From: Hormiphora californensis
Lineage: Eukaryota > Animalia > Ctenophora
Direction of reading: 5' to 3'
DNA length: 64,000 nucleotides
Assembly: GCA_020137815.1 (NCBI GenBank)
Contig: CM035355.1
Span: 1,426,001-1,490,000 of the forward strand
Shown: positions 40,201-52,300 of the stretch, piece by piece
How the letters are laid out: each line of letters starts with the position of its first letter
Position numbering within the stretch: the first letter of the stretch is position 1
The notes under the pieces: generated by a model
What the model was told of the DNA's origin: nothing
The model's input: the letters and a program-made list of their open reading frames with translations, nothing else
Databases searched by the model: none
Translations under genes and position numbers: made by a program

Positions 40201-43200
40201 AAAGTGTAATGCAGATCCTGCTTCAGGAGCTCTACCGTGTCTAAACTCCCCTACATTTCGAACTGGCGGCTCTCAATTGATACAAAAAGATCGACATATC
40301 AGACTTGACTCACATAACGCACAGTGTGCATCGTGCAAATCACTGACCGTTTCGACTCTAAATTAATAGCAAACATTCAAATCATCTCACATCTTACTGA
40401 TCACAGCAGAATTTCTCTCATATGAACGGAATAACAGAGGTGCAAGGTGGCACAATTCCATTCATTATTCACCACGGCTCACACGCTTGTCGCTTACTGC
40501 ACCTCACAGCTCACTATTTTATGAAAATAAAAAACTGAACAACTCAATGACACATAACATTCACTTGTGGACGGGCCATCTCACTTACTATTGCTTCAAA
40601 CTGTATCTTTAAAATATTTCTTCTGCCGAGTATTTTTGAAAACAACCTAGCTAGAGGACTATCATTTGATATAGAATGTCGTCAGTTTTAAAAATCCGTT
40701 TGTGGTCGTTCTGTCATGTCATGTCAGAATTCTCAAATGTCATAACACATACATATCAGACCTGCTCAGACTTTCTTATTCCACAAGTTCTACTTGGGAA
40801 CTTCATCTATCTGTGAAGAGGCTAGGGCCCCATTCAAGATAGATACAGTTAGAAAGATGTTCTCTATCTCTATCTCTATCTCTATCTCTATCTCTATCTC
40901 TATCTCTATCTCTATCTCTATCTCTATCTCTATCTCTATCTCTATCTCTATCTCTATCTCTATCTCTATCTCTATCTCTATCTCTATCTCTATCTCTATC
41001 TCTATCTCTATCTCTATCTCTATCTCTATCTCTATCTCTATCTCTATCTTGCATCCTCACCACCCCACACACCTTCATAATAACAGCGACAGTGCGCTTC
41101 AGAGCGTAGAAAGAGAGGGGTGCCAACTTTTCACAGACGAATTCCCAGCATTTGCTTGCTACGTGCTCCTCAAAGGTTACTGGACCCCTTACACCTTCAA
41201 AGTGTTTGGGAAAATGAGAACAGGTAAATTGAGAAAATAAACAATAGTTAATTAAGTTGATTAACGTGGTATTCCCCTTGGGGATAATTTGTTGGGCTAT
41301 GTTAATATGAGGACCCTCGAAAATATTCCGTGACAAATTCACATACATTTTGTAATAAGAGAAATCGTTATGCACAATATGTGCACGAGGTTGCCACGAA
41401 ACATTTCTGAGAGTCCCTAATATTAAATTAGAGATAATGGGTGGTTAACGCTGCTGAGTCTTCGCAGTCACATAAATAACAAACATCGCTGAAACTCGGT
41501 ATTGGCCATTTTCAAGTAAAAGTAAAGACTTGAATTGTACTCACTTTAACCTAAACCCAAATCGAGATTTCAGCGATGCTATGATTTATTGGATAGAACA
41601 CAATATCGTTATTCGTTTAATTAGCTGGTTTAAAGTTTAGTTGTAATAAAACGGGTGTCAATGACAAATTATGTAAATTTGTGCGAGATTTCCAAAGTAA
41701 ATGGCACCCACAAATAAAACATGTCTAAAACTGAAACTGGACTCGCCTAAACTTGTAAAAATAAAAAGGCCCTCAACTAGTTAGTTGCTAAGTTCAAGAC
41801 GTCGATCATATCTTCGCTTCATTTTTCTAATCCCGATGAGAAAGATACTTTATCTTGGTTGCGTAAGATAGTATAAACAAGATCTTTCTAACACATCCAA
41901 TTTTAAAGATCTAACTCATCAAGATCCAGAAATATGAGTACTGCGAACCAGGGCCTAAAGTTTAAAGTAAGAGTGGCGCGCCGTGTTTTCTCACAAAACT
42001 TAGTGGATGAACGGGGAGTACCACCAGGACCATTGGTACGGTATCGAAAATTTCCAATTCTGTCGCGTTCATTAGTTATGACGTAATATGTTCATTATTT
42101 CAACTTTCATAAAATTGCTCTACAGAAAAATCTGTACATTGTGGATTGAAATGGATGCTTGCATCGTGTTCAGCGTCAAAAAATAGCCGGGGTACCAAAT
42201 TTTGGTGTCTCTACCTTGTCTGTGACGCGAGATATCGACAAATATGAAAAACGACCAAAGTGAGAGAAAGAGAGTTTGTTACAAGTGGGTGGCGCGCACA
42301 GACAACTAGCACCCAAAGATAACAATCTCTCTCTCACCCATTTTGGTCGTTTTTGATAATTGTCGATATCTCGCGTCACAGACAAGGTAGAGACACCAAA
42401 ATTTGGTACCCCGGCTATTTTTTGACGCTGAACACGATGCAAGCATCCATTTCAATCCACAATGTACAGATTTTTCTGTAGAGCAATTTTATGAAAGTTG
42501 AAATAATGAACATATTACGTCATAACTAATGAACAAGACAGAATTGGAAATTTTCGATACCGTACCAATGGTCCTGGTGGTACTCCCCGTTCATCCACTA
42601 AGTTTTGTGAGAAAACACGGCGTGCCACTCTTACTTTAAATTTAAAGGAATTAAACTTGAACTCGAATAGGGCCATTCTCACATACCTGTGGCTGATTTG
42701 ACCCGTGTACTGGACCTAATATTGGGGGGAGGATTGATCTCAAATTCATCAAATGCACTCAGCACCGCGATACTACGGGCTTTCTTCTTGCTGACACTCA
42801 GCCCTGAGAATGAGAATCCCTGGACCTTTAGGGTACAGGAAAACGTCTTGGCGTCCTGTAGAAACAAGATTACCTTTTAGATTTCAGTTCTTCTACCAGG
42901 TTCCGAATGGTGTGTTGGTATGTATTGAAGATAAACAATAAAAGGGTGCGAAGGAAGGGAGTGAACGAGATGGAATATTCTGGAAGGAATAGAATAGAAA
43001 ACTCTGGAAGGAATATATACCCGTACCTTATTCTCTATGGTACTCTCTTCTATTTCTGGCCCGTATAACTGTAGGAGGCGTCCATAGTCCTTTACACCAT
43101 CTCTCTTTACCTAGAGTTATTACAAGGGTTAATATAATTGTGGGGGGGGGGGCAGTAATTAGATCTTGAACGTCCAAGTATTGATAGCGGCTATTCACTT

Positions 43201-45460
43201 CAGATATATTTCAGCGGAACTCAAGCATTTCTAGAAGCGAGACGAACTTCTCAGAGTCTCTGGAACGTTCCAGAATTGTACCTTTTTGTTATCAAATGGC
43301 CCACTCTCACTAGCCTTCCTCTTCCCCTTTCCACCTGCCTCACTAGCTGCAATCCTCTCCTCAACCAACTGGGCTTCTTTAGCATAGTCAGCCACCACAA
43401 TAACCCGGTCACATCCTGGTAGCTGGGAGAGGGGAATTTGGGTTGAGAAAACATAGCTGGGAGACGTTTACAAGTATAAAATTCAGAGTTTGAACATTTC
43501 AAAATTCAAGTACCTTGATACTTTTGATGGCATTGGTAGCAGCAATGGCTTTAGCTGTTTTAGGTGTTGTTGCCTCTCCCTTATACACATTCCCCTCAAT
43601 AGTAACTGTGTAGATAAATGCTGCTCCAACCTTGGATGAGTATTGTTTCACCTCGGTAAACTCTGAAAAGGAGGAGGATAAATTAGAAACTTTGAAAAGA
43701 GGAGTGTTAGGAGGATAAATTAGAAACTTTGAAAAGAGGGGGTATTAGGAAGATGAATTAGGAAGTGAGGTATCAGTACTGGGCTGTGTAAACAGATTCT
43801 TGTTATTTCTAGGCGGGAGACGGGAGTAGTACAGAGTACTACCACTTCGGCACAAGAACTAAAAAAATTTATCAACAAGGTTTCTTACCGATTGTAGGTT
43901 TGTAGGACTTCAAAGCGGCAATTGGGTGTTTATTAGCACAGGTAAAATCAGGTTTACCCTTACTGGTACTGCCACCCCTTCCCATGTTCCTTCCACCTCT
44001 TTGGTTCATACCTCCTCCACCCCTCATACCTCCCATTCCACCTCGACCCATCCCTCTACCAGCGGGGTTGCCTCTACCGCCCCTTCCTCCTGGTATCCCT
44101 GCTGCCATACCACCTCTACCCTGGTTATAATCACGGTGTCCCAGCCTCCCCAGACCTCCTCGAACATGTTGGCCTGCCATCGGGGCTGGGCTGGCTGTTG
44201 TACCCCGTGATGGGTGGGTCCTGTGAAGGGGAAGAATTAGTAGATTAAACGAGGGAGTGAGAAAGATAGTAAGTAAAGAGAAAGAGGGGGGATATGGGCC
44301 TAATTTCAAACCACTAACTTGTGTCCGGGATTTATAGATTGCCGCCCCTGTTGTTGTGTTCCACTATTGTTACCCTGCGTCATACCTCCCCTATGTGAAT
44401 GCTGCTGTTGACCTCTCTGGAACTGGTTATTGGGCTTGTTGTAGGAGGCACTCTTTGGTGGTACGAGTGGTGTTGGAGTATTGTTGAAGGAAGGAGGGAC
44501 GGTGGTTGGTGGTGGAATAAAAGGTGGAAATCCACCCGGTGTAGGGGCTGTAGTTGGGGCCCGGTAACCACCACCACTAGCAGGTTGGTACGGACCAGGA
44601 GGGGTTGGGAAGGAGGATGGCTGCTGCTGGGCTGGGGGAGGAGCATGGTAGGAGGGTGGTTGTTGTTGTTGGAGGTATCCGGGTACTGCAGTTGGGGGAT
44701 GTCCTGAGGGTTGCTGGACTGCAGCTGGGGGTGGGACATGATGATGGTGACCTCCATGGGCATGGTGGTGTCCAGGAGCAGGGTGATGGTGCCCAGGAGT
44801 AGCAGCAGGGGTAGCATGGTGATGTGCAGGCGGAGTTGGATGGTTATGCCCTGGAGTTGGATGTCCAGAATGTCCAGGGGTTGCTGCTGGGGTACCATGT
44901 TGGTGATGGCCCGTTTGGGTTGGAGGGTAATGGTGGTGGGGATACCCAGGGGTAGGTTGCTGCTGCTGGTGAGGGCTCGGTTGGTAGTGTTGCTGAGGTG
45001 TGGAGTGGTGATGGGAGGGTGGGGCATGATGGTGGGAGGGTTGAGATTGGTGGTGAGATGGTTGAGTTTGGTGATGGGAAGGTGGGGTGTGGTGATTATG
45101 TGGGTTAGAGGGCTGGGAATGCTGGTATGTTGGAGCAGGATGGCTCGCAGCGGCGGGTTGTTGGTGGTGGTGATGGCCTGTAGCAGGAGATTGTTGTTGG
45201 TGTCCTGGGTAATGGCCTCCTGACTGTCCTCCAGGGGTACCTCCTCCTCCACTGTTATAGCCTGGATATCCACCAGCTGCAGTGGGATATCCACTAGGAT
45301 GTGGATACCCAACAGCAGCAGCTGCAGGTGGAGGAGTTGGAGCAGGATGTTGGCTGCCATGGTACGGATAGGATGACGGGGGTACAAGTGGGGTGGCTGG
45401 CTGCTGCTGCGGTTGTGGGGGATAACCCCCTCCTCCGTAACTCGGCCGGGGGTAGTACAT
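37262..45460 (-). CDS. ADAR/ADAD-family protein: low-complexity H/P/Q/Y N-terminus, RGG box, two dsRBDs, degenerate adenosine deaminase domain
   Basis: dsRBD1 KHPIAALKSYKP...FIYTVTIEGNVYKGEATTPKTAK; dsRBD2 FSCTLKVQGFSFSGLSVSKKKAR; deaminase VVSFGTG...INDCNAEILA, YLNFIPIGDCR, DKLALRQICGVQGAL, EAKEGSTAY. Confidence 0.88.
37907..38196. mobile_element. Fold-back MITE (about 105-bp arms, internal hairpin), TA-flanked
   Basis: ggggaaactctaactgaatgg... inverted at both ends. Confidence 0.9.
38495..38650. repeat. 40-bp minisatellite (about 3.8 copies)
   Basis: Unit taattgtaccttggtgatataattggatggtgactgtaac. Confidence 0.9.
40861..41048. repeat. (TCTCTA)n microsatellite
   Basis: Directly visible; source of the ISISIS and DRDRDR ORFs. 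Confidence 0.95.
41966..42635. mobile_element. Non-autonomous fold-back DNA transposon (about 310-bp arms), TTAA TSD, Kolobok-like
   Basis: ttaa|AGTAAGAGTGGC...GCCACTCTTACT|ttaa; arms nearly identical. Confidence 0.9.
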
Positions 45461-45699
45461 CCGCTAGAAAGGGAAGAAAAATTTTTACACTAACAAATCT
45501 TTAAACAAAATATATTTGTTGTTTTAATATTTATCAATGGCTAATCTATTGACTCTCAAAAGCGGGTTGAGCGTCCGTGCCACGGCCCGCCGCCCGTTAA
45601 TCCAGACGTATCCCAATGGCAAGAGAAAAAAAATCCTCACTGAAATACCGAAGTTTTACCCATTTTAGATTAGAATGGGGTGATTTGTGGGGACGGGGT

Positions 45700-45905
45700 G
45701 AATGAGGGCGCGGCGATGACACGGGGTCCGGGGAGCAAAACCGGAAACAAAAATCCAAAAAGAAGTTGCAAAAAGAAAACACAATTGCGCAGATAATAAT
45801 ATATTGCTGAATTCGCGCTGCGCCGCGCGATTTATCACGCGCAAATACAACGCCGCGCGTTCAATACTTCTTGAGTCGAGATTCTTGACCGATAACCTGC
45901 GCTGT
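45700..45905 (-). promoter_or_regulatory. CGCG-rich promoter region upstream of the ADAR-like gene
   Basis: Repeated cgccgcgcg/cgcgc motifs with A-tracts. Confidence 0.45.
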
Positions 45906-46378
45906 ATTTCCTCCTATTACGTTATATTATTATTATATTCACCAACAAATTCATTCAGACAGTAATTTAAAATCGATAACAAAATCTCAACTTAACAAAT
46001 TAAATTTCAATTTCATACTGGAAAGAATTCAGTCAGTGTCACACACAGTCAGTGTCACACTAAATCATTCGAAACTTCGGGGCATTGAAGTTCAAATAAT
46101 TAAACTACAGTATCATGGATAACAATCCAATGCTAACAAATAACAATGTTAGCTTAAACTTCTCCAAGTTCACCTCAGATGTGGTACCCAAAACCAAATT
46201 ACCAAATGTTCATTGTCTATTTTCAAATTTCTCCCTCTCTCCTAAAACACACTTGATTATTATCTCTGTAGTCTGTGTATTCCTCTGCTCATATACATAG
46301 CGAGGTCCTATAATAATACTACACACACTTCATTATCACCTCACAGTGCTAGGTGAGAATGGCTACACACCTCATACC

Positions 46379-49300
46379 TCACAGTGAGGTGCTAGCTGAG
46401 GATGGTTGAGGGAGTTGTTCATTCTTTACTAGAGCCTGGTTAGTTGCTACAGTGCACGTGTCCATATCGTAACTGCCCGTGTGTCGGGGGTTCTGGTGTC
46501 GTGCTACCAATACAGCCATACACTGAGAGGGAGATGGGAGGCGGTTATAAGGAGGGGTAGGAGGGTGGGGTATTTTACAAATCCATCCGTCCGACACAGT
46601 TTGATTTAGTAGTGTGTAGATAAACTATAAATAATGAAGTACGGAAGCCTAGCTGATAAAGTGTAAATTCAGGACAGGTATAATTAATTTATAATTGGCT
46701 GGAGTGTAACGAATAAACACTCAAACCTATCTACACGGGGGTAGTTACATATTGAACAGTATTATTATTATATTACTGAAACTATTATATTACTGAAACC
46801 CAGTTCTTACCAGCAGTAAAATGAGGACAAGAATAATCCCACCAGCAATAAGAAGGGAAACAAGAGTTGAGGAGAGGCCCTTATTCACAAAGATCTGATA
46901 GTTCTCCTCGTACCTTCCGTGTATAGGGCTGAAAGAGAAGTCAGTTGCTTTAGTAGTGTGAGTTTAGTGTCAGTTTACTAGTACAATGGGATGAAATCCC
47001 CAAAATAAAACAGTCCGTGAGAATTTTAGCTGTCTGGCGCCGTGACCCCATCTGAGCGCACTGTTGAGAATCAAATGGGATATGGCGCCGCCAGACAGAG
47101 TTTTAGTTACCTCTGAAACACACAGGTATAGACACCAGAGTGTTGGTCATGTTGTACTTCTTGGATAGCCAGAATATGTGTCGTCCTGTTGCCTGTAAAT
47201 ATATTACAGTGTAATATACAGATTACAGGGTGTCATTGGTCCCATCTCTGGATTGTGGAGATAAGCGGGTTGAAGTGTGACCTCAATCCCATCTTATCCT
47301 AAAAACCATAATTATTGAGATCCAGAATCAAGCAATCTCGCCGTCAAAAAACCAAGAATGATAAGATTAGCTCACCTTTAATTCCACTGAAGTACATGTG
47401 GATATTTCCCTTGCTTCCCTGGACATTATATACACGGCCCTGATGCCGCCAATACACACTGGGAGGGTTATCAACAGAGAGTAGGAAATGTGACATGATC
47501 TCACATTTCAGGATCACCGTGTCACCTGTCTCGTGGTACCTGGGACAAGCAGGGGTAGTAAATCACAATTCTCACTTGATTATTATCTTGATAGTGACCT
47601 AGCTTAGACCTACAGGTAAGGTTATGTGGCTCTTATCTGGGCAACAGGAGCTCCATCATCCTACTCACTTGGTCTTTGAGGTTGTAACTCGAATCTTGAC
47701 GGGTGATTGATCCACCAGGGTGGTAAAGGCCCCACTTTGAATTGGTTCAGGGTGCTGGTGGGCCGTGGAACACTGTACAAACTTCTGTGTCGTCACGTTG
47801 TGAATGTATAAAACATCTGGCTCTTCTGGAGAGTGGAAATGGGGATAAAATATAGTTGCTGAAGTGCGCTCGTAGTTAAAAAAAGATGAAATAATTAATT
47901 GAATAGTCACTCAACAGTAAAGTTGATACGGTATCAATTGTACTGTTGAGTGATAATGATACCTTCTGATGCCGCTACAGTGGTAAGGTTGTCCTCTGAG
48001 GACCCGGCAGTGAATGTTACAGGCAGGGAGCTGTTTACACCGCTTGTTTGGCATGAGAAGATGGCTGTCTCTCCCTCGGCTAGAGTGTAGTTCTGAGGAA
48101 ATGTGTTGTGTTGAGAAAGTGAAGGGGGTAACGGTGGAGTAGGAGATGGTATACAGAGGGGTGGGGATGGTGGGGGAAGGGGTAGTATAAGACAGGGGGG
48201 ATGGTATAATAGTAACCTGAGGGAAGACAGTGAAGTGTGGTTGAGGTACAAAGTTGATCCTCATTGCCTTGCTCCACAGTGTAAAGGTATCAGTAGTCAC
48301 CACACACTGGTACACCCCTTCCATTTCAGCACGTGCATTCTTCATCTGAAAATACACGTGTGACGTCACATGATAGTCACCAATTACACATGGTGGTGGT
48401 GGCAGCTCCAAAAAGAGAGAATGTCTGAAGGGTGGAGAAGATTCTATCGGCTAGAAACCTCTTCCCTAATGCCCTAGAAACTGCTGATGCAATTCTTCTA
48501 GAACTGACAATGCAAGATAAAGAGGGGGAGGAAGTCGCGTGCCATAAAAACTTGTTGAGTTACTTACCAAATAAAAACTGAAGTGCTGATTTAAAGAGAT
48601 TAAGAAGCTTCAAATGTCAAAAGCATAAAATGTTTGAAAAGAAATTCTGAGCCAGTAGGATAGCGTACAATGGTCAGAGCTGGATTTAACCCGGTTTTAA
48701 TAAGGGAGTGCCATGCGGGGTATAAGAGGTGCCATGCCGGCCGGTGCACTAAAATTTGCAGATTGCAGCCAATAAGATCTCTAAATGATAGCTGTGCAAA
48801 GCGGCGGCAGTGGTGGTATTTACCGAGAATGTACCATCAACATAACGTGCAAGGGTTCCAGGTGATTTACTGGGTAGGGCAACGAATTGTGCTACCTTAG
48901 CAGTCGTTCCATGCCACTTTTTTGAGGAAAAATATAGTGTTTTAAGAATAAAGGTCCAGCCAATGCTCTGACCGCGGTTATCGCGAAAGAAATGAGAATA
49001 GGGTCAGGCCAATGCTCTGACAGATAGTATTATAAAGGTCCATCCAATCACAACTAAGCATATTTCAAAACTTACGTTATGGACAATTCTCGATGCTTTC
49101 TCTCCAAACTCCTGGGTCTGTGTGGAAAGGCTCTCTCCATTTAGTAGAATATCTGCAGAAGTAGTGTGTCACAGATTAGGCAAATAGTTGTAACGAGCTG
49201 GAGACTGATACAGATAGATAGAAATGAGTGGCGACGTCACTAAGAGTGAGATACCGGACGCCGGCCACTCGGATGAATGAACGGAGACCAAACCGAGTAT

Positions 49301-52300
49301 CAAGTAAGAAACATATCACTTACTAAGGGTGTAATCACCAGTGAATCCAGGATTCTCATCTATAACGCATGTCAGTACAAACTCTCCCATATTCTCATAT
49401 AGGGTAGTGTTCTCTGACTCAACAGCCACTCCCCAACCCTGCAAGAGTGGTTGCCAATGGAGGAGAGGCTCGGGGGGGGGGGGGGGGTTAGCACATCAAA
49501 GTATAGATTGGCGGAGCAAGACAAGCTACACTGAGTACACTGTACGAGTCAGTACACTAATAATATACCAGAATGGCAAGTTGTGTAGTGGGAGATATCA
49601 TGTTTTCAGAGGCGAGAGGGTGATCCACCGCAAACCAGTAGGTGCCATTGCGTGCCTCCTGAAACAGTAGATAAAGAATGCGATTACTGTTTTGTGATTA
49701 CTGTTTTGTTTTATCGAGTAATAGGTAGAGTTTCGGTGCTAGAGAGTACCGTTAGGAGATCAGTGTATTTACACAGTGTTTTCTCACACAATTGACTTAC
49801 ATCTACGTTGTTGAGTTTTAAGTTTTGTCCATCGATTTCGTAAGCTCCCGAGGTATCATCCTGGTAGGTGGCCGAAAAGAGGGATTATCACAGAGAAATG
49901 GGGCATTATTGGGGGATATAATAATAGAAATTGATTGATTGAAATCTCGATGAAAGCATGAAAATTGGGGCCTGAATTAGAAACCTGTCTCTATCTTAAA
50001 AGCTTTCAGAGATGACAGATATTAATGCGATAAATTCTCAGCCGCTTACATTGAAGATAAATTTAGATTTGGATGTCAAATGTGAGTTGTGAAATTCTAA
50101 GATCAAGATTTTTGGTGCAGCTCACATTGATTAGCACGGTCTCATTGGACAGACAACATTTCTGATGGTACCACCGCAACATAGGGGGAGGATGACCTGA
50201 CACCTTGGACTTGATCGTTACATTCTTTCCCGCCTGGAAATAGTGGTGGGTAAGAGATATGGGGCTGTCAGGACGGAGAGGGTGAGGGGTATCAGGCTGT
50301 TTTGGGTGATTACACCTACCAGAATGAATGGTTTGAGCTGTCGGAACTCTGTAATGACAGGTCGCTCCAACACGAGAACAGTCTGGGCAACGGAGGCACG
50401 GAGGGAACCGTACTCAACAAGGAACTCATAACGACCTAAAATGGTGATGGTGATGGGGGGTTAATTCATCTTGGATTCTTCGAATGAAAATTCACACATT
50501 TACTACCAACTTACGACCATTTTCTTTAACTTAGGTCAATGAGTTATTCACGTACCATTGTTATTCCCCCAAGTGACACTAGGGACATTGTAGGTAACTT
50601 GGTTTTCCAGAATCTGAATATCAACTGGAACACTCTCTTTTTCCTCTTCCCCGTCATCAGATAGCTTGGTAAACCGGGCCTGGAATGTGAGAGGTAATGT
50701 TACTTCCTCAATCGACAGTGTGACAACTCTCTGCAGCAAAGCAAGAAATGGGAGATGCTTTCAGTTTTAAAGTTCAGAATATCGTTTTAAAAGGCTCCGC
50801 CCTTGTATAAGAGGCGCTCCCACCCCTGTCAAGCTGTCAGCTGATATAAGAAATGAAACAGAATACTGGTGAACTGCCACATCCAATATTGTCTAGACTG
50901 AAAATGAAGTGGGTGATCGAGATTATTCGATCGTATCAATCAAATTAGCATGAAAATTGAAAATCTCAAAAAACTGGGATTCTCGAAATTCTTGTTGAAT
51001 CAGAAAAAGGGGAATTGATATCAATATTGCTACAAATCCTTACCGAAACTTGAGCCCTGCTTGAGGGCCAGATGTTGACAGAAACATTGAAAAAGAGAGC
51101 ATCACCAGTTGATACAGTCTGAGTACTGTCATTGCCAGTCAGGTTGGGCTCCATTACCATCGGGTTAACACCTGCAGGGAGAGAGGGAGAGAGTTTACTT
51201 ACAGCACCTCAACTCTCAAATTGATCATTTTAGTGATCATTACATGTTAGGAACTCCAATCCATGCTCACCTTGTACAAGGATTTTTCAAAAAGGTGTAC
51301 ACTGTTACCTTGTATAAGAAGGTTAGTTGTGTAGGAACTGTTCCCCGCTCGACAAGTATACCTCCCTCCATTATGTACATTTGATCCATCAACCATCACT
51401 CTACCACTCGACCAACCCAACTGGTGGGTATCTGCAGGGAGAGGGGGCTTGTTTGTTATGTTCTAACCAGGAACCGACCGAAACAAGTAAACAACCAATC
51501 AGAACTCGTTATTTAGGTCACGTGACTGGTTATCAGCCAATCAGAGACCAGTATTTCCTGATTCGGTCGGTTCCTAATTCTAACCCTCCTCGTGAAAAGG
51601 GGGTCGAGCTAGACATGGGTTTGTGTTGTCTTCTTTCTCTTCGGTCACTGACAGAATTACCAACACAAGACTATGTTGCAAGTCAAATAATATATTGATT
51701 ATGTAATGCGGTTTAAGGCAATTAGCCGCGTTCACTCCGCCTGCCTTCCCCCTTGAAAGAAATTAATTAAACTCTCCCTCTCTCTTGAACTTTCTTTTGT
51801 TCTCTTGATTGCACTTCAAGTGAAAGACTAGCTGACAGTTTCTTGATGTCACATGCTCTATAAAACAGACAGTTCACATGTTGGGGTGGGGGTTACAGAT
51901 AAATAAAATATAAAGACATGAGACTGGTAGATGACAGTTCACTGAATCAATAACAACTAAGTAAGTTAACTAATAGGCTGTTTACCTTCTCTAAACCACT
52001 TCACTCCATCAGTATAACCACCACACTCTAACACTCCCTGGTCACCGTGGTTTATTACAACCGTTATCTCGAGGTGCTGAGAAACAATTAATTAATTATC
52101 TGAGTATCATGGGTCAACATTTCAGATCGGCCAACGGGCTGAAGCCGGTGACTGGTGTCATGTCCCATACATATTTTCGATATTTACTGTTAAGTGGGAT
52201 GTGAAACATCTAAAAAAAAGGCTGTTTATATTTAAGGGTACGCTAACCAAAATTTTTTTTCGAGTGCAGGGAAATCTCTCACCGTAGGGTTGTAGGCCAT

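Noticed and set aside
40794-41375. ISISIS/DRDRDR ORFs (likewise SLSL, FVCL and KQTN ORFs elsewhere)
   Set aside because: Microsatellite translations; only 41194-41073 is a real exon.
44380-45387. Long overlapping and antisense ORFs over ADAR-like exon 1
   Set aside because: Shadow frames of low-complexity coding sequence.
51327-51698. ORFs containing QEPTETSKQPIRTRYLGHVT (also 58982..59419)
   Set aside because: Translation of a non-coding MITE.
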